Shown here: piece by piece, positions 16,853-26,072 of the stretch | Layout of the letters: each line of letters starts with the position of its first letter | Numbering within the stretch: the stretch's first letter is position 1 | NCBI GenBank assembly: GCA_965200315.1 | Contig: OZ241362.1 | Span: 3,904,001-3,968,000, forward strand | From: Candidatus Latescibacterota bacterium | Lineage (GTDB): Bacteria; Latescibacterota; UBA2968; UBA8231 | Length of the DNA: 64,000 bases | Reading direction: 5' to 3' | The notes under the pieces: model-generated | What the model saw: only the letters and a program-made list of their open reading frames with translations | Database searches by the model: none | Told to the model about the DNA's origin: nothing | Made by a program: the position numbers and the translations under genes

Positions 16853-18847
16853 TCAATAAGCCAAGCCAACGGGCAGGAACGCCCGCCCGCGTTGGGCCTC
16901 GGTCACCAGCGCCAGCTCCAATAAGTACAAGCCCGGCGGCAAAAGTGCGCCCTGCTCGTCGCGGCCATCCCAAAAGGCCCGTTGCGGGCCAGTGCCCTGC
17001 ATGCCGACCTTTAGGTGGGCGCGGCGGTTGCCCGCCAAGTCGTACACATCGAGCACCACCGGCACGGGCGCGGGCAGCAGGAAGAGCGCGTACTCTAGAG
17101 CTAAGCGGTCGTTGACCCCGTCGCCGTTGGGCGTGACCACTCCGCTCGACAAGCGCACGCGCTGGACGATCTCCGAGGCGGTGTCTGCAGCCCCGATCAC
17201 CCGCAGGCTATTGGTGGAGACAGCGGCACTGGCATCGCCCGGCTCAATCGGCTGCGGCAGGCGGTTCTCGTCCTCGGTCAACACCTCGCCGGTAAAGGTC
17301 GTCGCACGCGCAAAGACCTCTGAGGCAAAGACCACCCGCAGCGGATCGTTGGACTCGGCAGTCACTTTGCGCGGCAGGAGTACCTCCAAGCTCGCGTCGC
17401 CTTCGACCACGGCCAGCGGCTCAACGGCCGCGAGCGGATCGCCCATTTCCAAGCGCACGAACTCGGGCGCAATGCCCGTCTGGAGCCGCACCCGGTCAAA
17501 GCCCCCCTCGGCGGTGCTGGCAAACGAGGCGCGCACATCGTACACAAACGTCTCCCGCGCCCCCAACTCGACTTGAACAAAACCCGGAGCAGGCTGCATG
17601 TCGCCTGCGTGCGCGACTTCGCCCACGATCTGCGCGGCTAGCGGCGGCGAGGTTTCAATCCACAGCGAATCGAGCTCCACCCAATCGTCAAAAGCCCGGC
17701 TTTGCAGAGTGATTTGGATCTGTAAATGCGAGCCGTTGCGCAAGTCGAGCCAAGTGCCGGATTCTGTGATGGGACTGGACCAAAAAGACCAATTATCGCT
17801 GTCGTAGCCAATGGACGCGCGGATGCCGGGCTGGCGGTCAATTTGCAAAATCCCTTCGGTCTCGGGCAGGCGCAATTCGCCTTCGTAGCGCTCTCGCGTC
17901 ACCACAAACTCCCGGCCAGAGTCCGTGTACTCGTGGTATATGTTGGGGTCGCCGTCGCGGCCGGCCCGCACCTCCACCTCCACCCACGCCTCGGCATCTG
18001 ACACGACCACGGCCTCTTCGCCGACCATCCGCATGGTGTGCGCTGCCCACGCCAACCGGCCAAAGTTCGCTTTGTCCCCCAAGTCGAGGATTTTGCTGCG
18101 GTAGATAGCGCGTTTGGGTACGCCGCGGCCGGTGAGCACAAATTCGGCAATGGTGCCGCGCACCGTATTGCTGTCAGTAGTGCGCTGCTCGTCGAGCACG
18201 GATGCTTTGCGCTGGTAGCGCACAAAGCGCACGTATTGCTGGGGGAAATCGAGCTCGACCTCCGGTTCAAAGTTGACCGGCACGTCGGCGATGAGGGTGT
18301 TCAAGCGGTGATAGCCCCTTTGGGCGAAGATGTCGCCCGCCTCGGCGGCAATGCTCACCTCAAAGGCCGGCACCGGGTCTTGGTTGAGCGGCACACCGTC
18401 GGAGCGGACCCCCTCGGTCGGCGTGACAAACCCAAAGCGCCTAGCCGGCACGGGCACGCCGATGTCGATGGTCCACCAGCCGTCCCGGGCGGTGTTGTAG
18501 GTGCTTCGCAGCCCATCCACGTAGAGCGGGCTGTCGTAGTAGGAAGTTTGGTTGACATTGGTCCCGTCGGTGTACCACAGCCGCGGCTGATGCCCGTCGA
18601 TATACCCTAGCTCGCGCGGGACGATCAGCTCGGACCAACCCGCTACCGACAGGAACATGTTGTCGTCGTCGGCAAAATACACGGGCCGGATGCGCTCGGC
18701 GTTGATGTCCATGATGATCCGCGTGGTGTCGCTTCCATCCCACGCCAGCCCGGCCCCGCCGATTTGCCACAGCGCTATTTGCGCTTCCGCCGAGGAGCAC
18801 AGCGCAAGCGCGAGCAGTGCGATTCTGTACATCGATGCGCGTACCAT
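16853..18847 (-). CDS. Secreted protein with C-terminal FlgD-Ig/CTD
   Basis: Signal peptide; C-terminal TPNGDGVND...YDLAGNR...WDGRD...LPPGLY. Confidence 0.8.
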   Translation of the reverse strand: MVRASMYRIALLALALCSSAEAQIALWQIGGAGLAWDGSDTTRIIMDINAERIRPVYFADDDNMFLSVAGWSELIVPRELGYIDGHQPRLWYTDGTNVNQTSYYDSPLYVDGLRSTYNTARDGWWTIDIGVPVPARRFGFVTPTEGVRSDGVPLNQDPVPAFEVSIAAEAGDIFAQRGYHRLNTLIADVPVNFEPEVELDFPQQYVRFVRYQRKASVLDEQRTTDSNTVRGTIAEFVLTGRGVPKRAIYRSKILDLGDKANFGRLAWAAHTMRMVGEEAVVVSDAEAWVEVEVRAGRDGDPNIYHEYTDSGREFVVTRERYEGELRLPETEGILQIDRQPGIRASIGYDSDNWSFWSSPITESGTWLDLRNGSHLQIQITLQSRAFDDWVELDSLWIETSPPLAAQIVGEVAHAGDMQPAPGFVQVELGARETFVYDVRASFASTAEGGFDRVRLQTGIAPEFVRLEMGDPLAAVEPLAVVEGDASLEVLLPRKVTAESNDPLRVVFASEVFARATTFTGEVLTEDENRLPQPIEPGDASAAVSTNSLRVIGAADTASEIVQRVRLSSGVVTPNGDGVNDRLALEYALFLLPAPVPVVLDVYDLAGNRRAHLKVGMQGTGPQRAFWDGRDEQGALLPPGLYLLELALVTEAQRGRAFLPVGLAY

Positions 18848-18969
18848 CGCGCCCTCCTGTTAAACGGCTTTCAATATAATGCAATGCACAACGGCAAGCT
18901 ATTGACGCGAGCGCGTCCTGCTCCCTTTATATGCCAACCTATCCAACCCCAAACAAGGAGCTTTTCAAC

Positions 18970-19695
18970 ATGGGCAAATCAGGGTACGACGATACCCCTA
19001 TGCTACCCAACTCTCCCTATTGCGTCCACGATCACCGGCGGCCCGCCCCAGCGGTCGTAACGCCCGGCCGCGACAACAGCCCCCCCTCCGACGCGGTCGT
19101 CCTCTTCGACGGCACCAGCCTCGACGGCTGGCAGAGCACCACCGGCGGCGACGCCCCTTGGCAAGTGGCCGACGGCTACATGGAGGTCGCGCCTCGTTCC
19201 GGCGACATCGTCAGCACAGCGCACTTTGGCGACGCCCAGTACCATCTCGAATTTGCCTGCCCCAGCGAGGTCAAAGGCGAGAGCCAAGGGCGCGGCAACA
19301 GCGGCGTTTTTCTCATGAGCCTGTACGAGATTCAAGTCCTCGACGGGTACGACAACCCCACTTATGCCGACGGCACCACGGCCGCGGTCTATGGCGAGTA
19401 CCCGCCGCTGGTCAACGCCTGTCGCCCGCCCGGCGAATGGCAGACCTACGACATCTTCTGGACGGCCCCGCGCTTCGACGCTGCCGAGTTGGTCAGCCCA
19501 GCTTATCTCACCCTCATCCACAACGGCGTCTTGGTCCACCACCACGTCGAGGTCTTAGGCCCCACAGGCCACCGCGGCGTCTATCGCTACGAGGCGCATC
19601 CCCCCACCGGCCCACTCCGCTTGCAAGACCACGGCGACTTAGTGCGCTATCGCAATATCTGGGCGCGGCCCGTAAGGGGATACGACGAAGGCTGA
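18970..19695 (+). CDS. DUF1080 / 3-keto-disaccharide hydrolase family
   Basis: PPSDAVVLFDG, GNSGVF, YEIQVLD, GEWQTYDI, LQDHG..VRYRNIW. Confidence 0.9.
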   Translation: MGKSGYDDTPMLPNSPYCVHDHRRPAPAVVTPGRDNSPPSDAVVLFDGTSLDGWQSTTGGDAPWQVADGYMEVAPRSGDIVSTAHFGDAQYHLEFACPSEVKGESQGRGNSGVFLMSLYEIQVLDGYDNPTYADGTTAAVYGEYPPLVNACRPPGEWQTYDIFWTAPRFDAAELVSPAYLTLIHNGVLVHHHVEVLGPTGHRGVYRYEAHPPTGPLRLQDHGDLVRYRNIWARPVRGYDEG

Positions 19696-19701
19696 GAGAG
19701 T

Positions 19702-21663
19702 CTATACCCAGTAAATGGAATTGCCGGTCATGCCCGTAAAGTAGTCGATAACCAGCCACATTCCGGCCACGGAAAACTGGCCCAGAATCAATCCCAAAAA
19801 GAAAGGACAAGCCAGCCGAAAATAGGCCGGGCCTCCGTACTTGAGAATGATGGCTTTGATGAGCCAAGCCAAAAAGACACTAAAAGAAATGTAGTTGGTC
19901 AGGTAGGTACTGGCGCTGACAACATACCCGAGCGGGTGCAGGGGCCACCAGAACAGGTGGTGACGTGCGATCATCAGCAGAGCCATGACCCCACCGCCGA
20001 CCAAGGTCGAGATCCAGCCCACCAGATCGGGGCCATCGAGCGTATGGAGTTCGCGCGCTACAAATTTGAAGGGCACTTGAGGGCCGCTGATAAAAAACCA
20101 AGGCTCTAGATTAACCCCTCCGTAGGCATAGCTCAGATAGAGTACGACCCAGATCGAAGCCCCCAAGCTAATACAGATGGCCAGTATGATGGCGGCAAAA
20201 AGTCCCCGTTTGCTCCCGCTCAAATACTCTTCGGCCAATTTGAGGCCATTGGCACAAGACGCTAGGACAAAGGTGCGGATGTCAGCAGCCCAAACATACG
20301 TGAAACTCAGCGCGGTGAGGGTCTGGCCGCCGAGCACTGCTGAGCCCAGACCCGAAGTGACAAAATCCGCGGCGATCAGCGGTGCTCGGGTGGCGGCAAT
20401 ACCGCCTTCGGCCACAACCCGAGTAATGCCGACAAACAGCGTGAACATGGCGAATAAATAGATGGGCACCACCCACCACGCCAGCCCCGCCAGTGCCAAC
20501 CAGACCCCGATAAAGAGGCTGGTGGCCATAAGGCCGAACACAGCGGTCCGGTAGGAGAGAACCTCGTCCGAATCATCGACATCCGAGAGCCCCCTAAACG
20601 CCTTGCGGAAAACCCTCACCAGATGCCTACGGGCCATCCACAGACTGAAAAACACCAGCACGATCATGGCACCCATGCCCTGGTGGGCGAAGATGGGAAA
20701 GGTGGCGAAATTGAGCTTTTCTGTGCTCGCCACCCCCAGAATGCCAAGGGTGCCTTCCTGGACGCGGCCGACTAGGTTAAAAAACCAGACGCTAAAAGCG
20801 ATATCGAGATTGACCAGAAAGGCAAAACCCACCATGGGGAAGCTCAGGGCTATCTGCAGGTTGGTGGTATTGCGGAAAAGCGGGATGCTGGTGACCAGAA
20901 CGATATCCGGGACAAAGTCATAGTAGTTGTGCAGGGCGCGGATGGAGCCGATGACGAAGGGAATTGCAAAGCCTGCCCACATAATCGGATTCTTAAAAAA
21001 GGGACTAAGTCTATCCGTTGGCTTGCCCTCGGCAATCATGGCGATGGGCACCTGAATGAGCGGAAAATTCAGGCGTTCGTCTTGGATCCAAGGGCGCCGC
21101 AAGATGACCGCAATGCAAATCATGGCCACGTACACGCACAGAATGAGAGGTATCCAAGCCAACAGGGGCACTAACCAAGCAGACCACGGTATGGGCATCC
21201 CCTGAGGTAGCCCCTCGTAGAAATACCGGGCTGCATCGTAGTCTTGCGGTACGAGCCAAGGGCGAACAAAAGGATGAATCAGCTCGGCCCACTCGTTTTC
21301 TGGAGTGGCATAGTAGAGCACACCGCTAATGATGGGCAGGAGATATTCGGTGAGCCCCATACTGGGGATGGCGCAGCCCACGATGGCCATGATATAGACG
21401 ACCACCAATTCCTCGCGTCGCAGGCTCAAGCCGGGATGCAGGGCCTTGAGCCCGGTTTGAATAAAAAACACAAAGAGAAAAAACAAAAAAATAGCGCCGG
21501 CCGTACTGAAATCGAGGGCAAAGTTCGAGCCGCGCAGGATCATATTGCTGTAGGGCGCTATGGTGCTGATACCCAAGGTCATCAAAGACCCCACCAGCAG
21601 GGAGCGCACCGTAACACCCGCTGCGGAAGCCGCGCCCTGATTTTTCTTTTTTATACCTTGCAT
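19702..21663 (-). CDS. Polytopic membrane protein, DUF6785/DUF6784-like putative transporter
   Basis: Many hydrophobic segments; RREELVVVY, ERLNFPL, WWPLHPLGY, KYGG...PFFLGLILG. Confidence 0.75.
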   Translation of the reverse strand: MQGIKKKNQGAASAAGVTVRSLLVGSLMTLGISTIAPYSNMILRGSNFALDFSTAGAIFLFFLFVFFIQTGLKALHPGLSLRREELVVVYIMAIVGCAIPSMGLTEYLLPIISGVLYYATPENEWAELIHPFVRPWLVPQDYDAARYFYEGLPQGMPIPWSAWLVPLLAWIPLILCVYVAMICIAVILRRPWIQDERLNFPLIQVPIAMIAEGKPTDRLSPFFKNPIMWAGFAIPFVIGSIRALHNYYDFVPDIVLVTSIPLFRNTTNLQIALSFPMVGFAFLVNLDIAFSVWFFNLVGRVQEGTLGILGVASTEKLNFATFPIFAHQGMGAMIVLVFFSLWMARRHLVRVFRKAFRGLSDVDDSDEVLSYRTAVFGLMATSLFIGVWLALAGLAWWVVPIYLFAMFTLFVGITRVVAEGGIAATRAPLIAADFVTSGLGSAVLGGQTLTALSFTYVWAADIRTFVLASCANGLKLAEEYLSGSKRGLFAAIILAICISLGASIWVVLYLSYAYGGVNLEPWFFISGPQVPFKFVARELHTLDGPDLVGWISTLVGGGVMALLMIARHHLFWWPLHPLGYVVSASTYLTNYISFSVFLAWLIKAIILKYGGPAYFRLACPFFLGLILGQFSVAGMWLVIDYFTGMTGNSIYWV

Positions 21664-21806
21664 CCGATAACTCTGATACTTGCGCCAAGGATGGAGCGGA
21701 GGCGCAATCTACGCAAAAGATGAAAACCTCTTGTGCTCTCAGGCCATATATACTATAAAATCGTTTCCTGCTTTTGCCAGTAAGCCCATTGACGGAAGGA
21801 AGTGCA

Positions 21807-23879
21807 ATGACTGTCTCTGCTGACCTCAAAGCTATTTTTACGAAAGCCGAGGAGATCTACGCTAGCGCCGCCAAGACGACGGATCTATGGATGGGTCGGC
21901 AGGACGAGGGCATTCGCCTGTTTCGCGGCCAAGTGGTCGAGAACGACGCGCCCGGCTCGGGCCGTTCAGACCAAGAAGGCATCGAGCCTTTTGTCGAACT
22001 GCACGGCCAGACGGTGTTCCGCAAAAACCTGCATTTGGACAATCCGGCTGTATTGGGAACCCAATTGGCGTTTATCGCCAAGGAATGCCAAGACAACCAG
22101 GCCACCCTCCAGTTTACAATAAACGGGCACCCGGTCCTGCGCTCCCCCTCGCGTCAAGCCGCACCCCGTGCCAACCAGTATTGGGAATTGATGGTCGGGG
22201 GATGGAGTTGGAGCCGCTGGTACTACGTGGATATTCCTCTGGAGACGCTACAGCTAGGCGACAACGCGATTGAAGTGGCCGCCGAAGATGGCTTGGCAGG
22301 CTGGCAGCTAATGGTGGCGGACTATCGCGATTTTTACAAAGGCATGGACGATCCTGTAACGCTTCCCTACGCCAGCCTCTATAGTACCGATGGCGGCCAA
22401 ACTTGGGAAGCAGAACGCGGGGAATACGTGTTGCGCCTAGTCCTCGACCGCTTTCGCAGCAACGGCGAGTTGGTCTCTAAGGTGATCGACGCAGCAGGCG
22501 AGTCGGACGACGCGGTTAAAAACAAGCGCAGCCTACAGCACATAACCCTAGACTGGGAAGCGGATATCCCCGAGGGCACCCGGCTCGATTGGGCTTTGCG
22601 AACCGGCTCTCGTCCCGTCTGGGATGCAGACCATTGGAGCACCTGGCAGGGCTATGACGGACAACCGGCAGCAGTCAGAGGCCGTTATATCCAGTGGAAA
22701 GTCAATTTTTCAACCGCGGACGGGTTGCAATCCCCTGTGCTCAAAAGCGTCCAAGTCAACGCCGACTTCGAGCAAGGAGAGCGGTTTGCAGGCCGCTTAG
22801 TCAGAGCTAAGAACGCCCAAATTCTACGGCCATCTATTCCCATGCCCTATGAAGACTATCGAGCCCAGATACTGCGGGATTTGCGCGAGCAATGCGAACT
22901 GGAAGCGGTGGTGGCTGGGGCACAGACCGAATTCGATACAATCGCACGGCTGCACCGCTGGGCGTATCACATCCCCCTGAGCGACTGCCGCCATTTTCCG
23001 TGGGATCCGCTCGCTTGGGTTCGCCTTGAACGGGACGAGAACGGCACCATTCGGATGAACCAGTACAAACAGCGGCGGCGCGACCACATGTGCCTTTATC
23101 CTAATGTGGTACTGGTAGCGGCCTGTCTGAGCATGGGCATTCCCGCCCGCCACCTCAATTTCCACAGCGAAGGAATGACCGGCCATGAAATCGCCGAGGT
23201 CTGGTCCAATGACTACGGCAAGTGGATGCACCTAGACGCTACCCGCGATTATTACTGGTACAATCCCAAGACTCTGGTGCCGCTAGACACCCAAGAAATC
23301 CACCAAGTGCTGGCCGAGCGGCTAGCGCGTCCCGAACGCTGGGATCGCCCTTATCTTTTTCATCAAGACTTGGAGGCGGTGGTAAAAAACCTGCCCATCT
23401 CCTTCTACGATGGAGACTACGAGCATTCCACCGAGGAGGGTTCACTCTTTTTGTTCCGCTCATTTTGCCACTTCCGCATCGTGCCGCGCTTCGACGTGTT
23501 CAGCCGGTCCCGCCCCCTGCCGGTGAGCCAAGGTACCGAAGTGTGGTCGTGGAACGGCTACCTCAACTGGGCCGACGACCAAGTCCCGCCACTACCCCAC
23601 TTTACCCAGCACACAAACCGGCGGGCGGATTTCTATCCGACGCTCAATCAAACGAAATATGTCGCCGAGGCCGTTGACGAACGCCAGCTACGCATTTATC
23701 TGGAGACGGAAACTCCCAGTTTTGCGACCTTCCAAGTGCGGACCGATGGACAGCCATGGCAGGAGTGTCCGGCCCAGATCAACTGGCCGCTACACGAAGG
23801 ACTGAACGTGCTAGAAATGCGCGCCTTGAATAGCATGGGCGTGCCGGGCGTAGTCAGCGCATTGAACGTCGAAATGTGA
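21807..23879 (+). CDS. Transglutaminase-like (papain-fold) domain protein
   Basis: Putative triad HMC...GIPAR...GHEIAEVWSNDYGKWMHLD; N-terminal beta-sandwich modules. Confidence 0.75.
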   Translation: MTVSADLKAIFTKAEEIYASAAKTTDLWMGRQDEGIRLFRGQVVENDAPGSGRSDQEGIEPFVELHGQTVFRKNLHLDNPAVLGTQLAFIAKECQDNQATLQFTINGHPVLRSPSRQAAPRANQYWELMVGGWSWSRWYYVDIPLETLQLGDNAIEVAAEDGLAGWQLMVADYRDFYKGMDDPVTLPYASLYSTDGGQTWEAERGEYVLRLVLDRFRSNGELVSKVIDAAGESDDAVKNKRSLQHITLDWEADIPEGTRLDWALRTGSRPVWDADHWSTWQGYDGQPAAVRGRYIQWKVNFSTADGLQSPVLKSVQVNADFEQGERFAGRLVRAKNAQILRPSIPMPYEDYRAQILRDLREQCELEAVVAGAQTEFDTIARLHRWAYHIPLSDCRHFPWDPLAWVRLERDENGTIRMNQYKQRRRDHMCLYPNVVLVAACLSMGIPARHLNFHSEGMTGHEIAEVWSNDYGKWMHLDATRDYYWYNPKTLVPLDTQEIHQVLAERLARPERWDRPYLFHQDLEAVVKNLPISFYDGDYEHSTEEGSLFLFRSFCHFRIVPRFDVFSRSRPLPVSQGTEVWSWNGYLNWADDQVPPLPHFTQHTNRRADFYPTLNQTKYVAEAVDERQLRIYLETETPSFATFQVRTDGQPWQECPAQINWPLHEGLNVLEMRALNSMGVPGVVSALNVEM

Positions 23880-24099
23880 AATCCGCGAGCGGTCTCCGAG
23901 TGTTCTTGCTCGAGTTCTTCAGTCCAAGGAGGATAAGCACAAATGACCGCAGAAAATTATTGATAAAGAGAAAAAATCAACTTATCATAAACAACCCAAC
24001 CAACCGAAATCAATCCAGCTTTAGGAAAGGAGGCTTAAGGCATTGAATTTCGCTTTCTTTTTAACAAAAAATCACGCTTGACTAAACAAAGGAGAAGCA

Positions 24100-26004
24100 A
24101 TGCGATTCTTGAAAAGTATTATTGTCGGAGCGGCATCCCTGCTGCTTACGGCAGGAACGGCCAGTGCCCAGTTCGTCCATGCTGGTAACCCCGATGTCAC
24201 TAGCCTCGCCGATATGACCAGTGGCGGCAGTCCTACGGTTCTAGAGATCGAAGGCTTGTCGGATATATCCAGCTACGCTTTTGATGGTTCAGATCTAGAA
24301 ATCCCTTTTACCCTTTCAGGTAGCGGTGCCAAGGTCTGGCTGATCATCTACCATGCCGACGCGCATTCTCCTCTGACCATTACCGGCGAAGGGCCGGCAC
24401 CCTATAACGATCCCGAGCATCCCGATCCGGGCTGGCACGTGTACGAAGGGGTCAATCCCTTGGTGTTCAAGTCCAACGGCGAGCGCTTTGAAGAAGGCGA
24501 CAACGCCATCGTTTGGAACGGCCACGACAATGACGGCAATGTGGTGTCCGCAGGAAGCTACAAGCTATTCCTAGCCGCCTTTGACGACGAAGCCTCTCCT
24601 CATCTGGTGGCCGGTGCCGTCTTCCGCAAACTGGGGACTCCGGGTCGCTTCATCATCGACACGGCCAACAACCGCGTCTTCGACCATACTCGCAACAACA
24701 ATATGAACAACGACTGGATCGAGAACTTCGAGGGATTCGATATGATCGACCAAACCGCCATCATTGATGCGGGAGGTGGCGTACCACTATCCGGTGTGCC
24801 GCTCAACAGCGATATGACTGAGTTCATCGGTATCGGCCAGTCCAACCGCCTCATGCGCTGGACCGTGGACTGGGATTCCAATCGCCTAGCCCCGGAGGAG
24901 GACTGGGGCATTGACAACGGCGCCGAGGACGGCATCATCAACATTGAGGAACTGCCCGGCAGCCCAGGACAACGCACCCTCATCACCAATCCCGACAAGA
25001 CCGTCGCCTATGTCACCGCCGGCGTGACCGGCACGGTGGCTCAGATCGTCTCCTACGACGTCGAGACCGGTGCCAAGCTAGACACTTGGGACGTGACCGA
25101 CCTGTTTATCTACGATAATGCAGGCTCCGACCGCGTCGGTGGGCCGATGGAAACGGCCGCCTTTTACAATGGCGAGCCCCCTCCCGAAGGCATCACCACT
25201 ACCTCCCACCACACTTCGTGCATCGTGCGCCACAGCTACGCTGGCGATCTGATGTGGATGAACCGCAACGGCGACGGCTTTGGCGATACCCGCGCCTTCA
25301 ATTCGGAAGACGGCACGTTTGGCGACCTGCTCTACGGCCATACCGAAGCACCCAACTTCAAGTACTCGATTTTCGCCAATAAATGGGGCTGGGTCTCGGT
25401 TTGTGAAAACGGCTTAGACAACACCAGTTTTGGTGCCATGCTAGGTGAAGATGGTTCCGGCCTGTTTAAGTTCGAGCCCAAGCAGGCACCGCTGACTTGG
25501 TCGCAGCATGTGGCCGTGGTAGACGAGGGCGACGACTGGGACGGCGTGTACATGATTGTCGGCGGTTTCGGCGATGCCTTGGCTTCCAACGAATGGGTGC
25601 CCGAGGATGTCGGCGTAGTGCCGCCCACCCATCCGGTGGCCCAGTTCCCCTATGATCAGAAACAGGTTCTTTTGGGCTCGGCTAGCAGCACTGCGATCGA
25701 AGAGTTAGCCGGGGCCGCTACGCCCAACACGCCTGCTCTGGGCGATGCGTACCCCAATCCCTTCAATCCCGAGACCACGATTCGCTTCGACCTGCCCTGG
25801 CAAGCGCCGATCCAAATCAAGGTCTACAACCAGGCCGGCCAGTTGGTGCGCGTGTTGGCCGATCAGGCTATGGGGCCGGGTCAATTTTCTGTCACGTGGG
25901 ACGGCAGGGATGACAGTGGTGCAGAAGTATCCACTGGAGTGTACCTCTACCGGATTGAAGCACCCAATCTACAGTTGAGTAAAAAGGTCACATTCCTCAA
26001 ATAA
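24100..26004 (+). CDS. Secreted acidic protein with FlgD-Ig / T9SS type A-like C-terminal domain
   Basis: SD AAGGAG; signal peptide ending ASA-Q; C-terminal AYPNPFNPETTIRF...YNQAGQLVR...WDGRD...GVYLYR...KKVTFLK; second internal WNGHD...GSY module. Confidence 0.88.
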   Translation: MRFLKSIIVGAASLLLTAGTASAQFVHAGNPDVTSLADMTSGGSPTVLEIEGLSDISSYAFDGSDLEIPFTLSGSGAKVWLIIYHADAHSPLTITGEGPAPYNDPEHPDPGWHVYEGVNPLVFKSNGERFEEGDNAIVWNGHDNDGNVVSAGSYKLFLAAFDDEASPHLVAGAVFRKLGTPGRFIIDTANNRVFDHTRNNNMNNDWIENFEGFDMIDQTAIIDAGGGVPLSGVPLNSDMTEFIGIGQSNRLMRWTVDWDSNRLAPEEDWGIDNGAEDGIINIEELPGSPGQRTLITNPDKTVAYVTAGVTGTVAQIVSYDVETGAKLDTWDVTDLFIYDNAGSDRVGGPMETAAFYNGEPPPEGITTTSHHTSCIVRHSYAGDLMWMNRNGDGFGDTRAFNSEDGTFGDLLYGHTEAPNFKYSIFANKWGWVSVCENGLDNTSFGAMLGEDGSGLFKFEPKQAPLTWSQHVAVVDEGDDWDGVYMIVGGFGDALASNEWVPEDVGVVPPTHPVAQFPYDQKQVLLGSASSTAIEELAGAATPNTPALGDAYPNPFNPETTIRFDLPWQAPIQIKVYNQAGQLVRVLADQAMGPGQFSVTWDGRDDSGAEVSTGVYLYRIEAPNLQLSKKVTFLK

Positions 26005-26016
26005 AGTGCCTGACTT

Positions 26017-26058
26017 AGTAAGTGCTGCCGGCTGGTAGGCCGGTAGCACTTACTTTAT
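26017..26058 (+). terminator. Stem-loop (terminator or mRNA stabiliser) after the first gene of the envelope cluster
   Basis: AGTAAGTGCTGCCGGC-tggtag-GCCGGTAGCACTTACT, 16-bp stem with one G-U pair, then TTAT. Confidence 0.75.
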
Positions 26059-26072
26059 GCAGGTAAACAACG

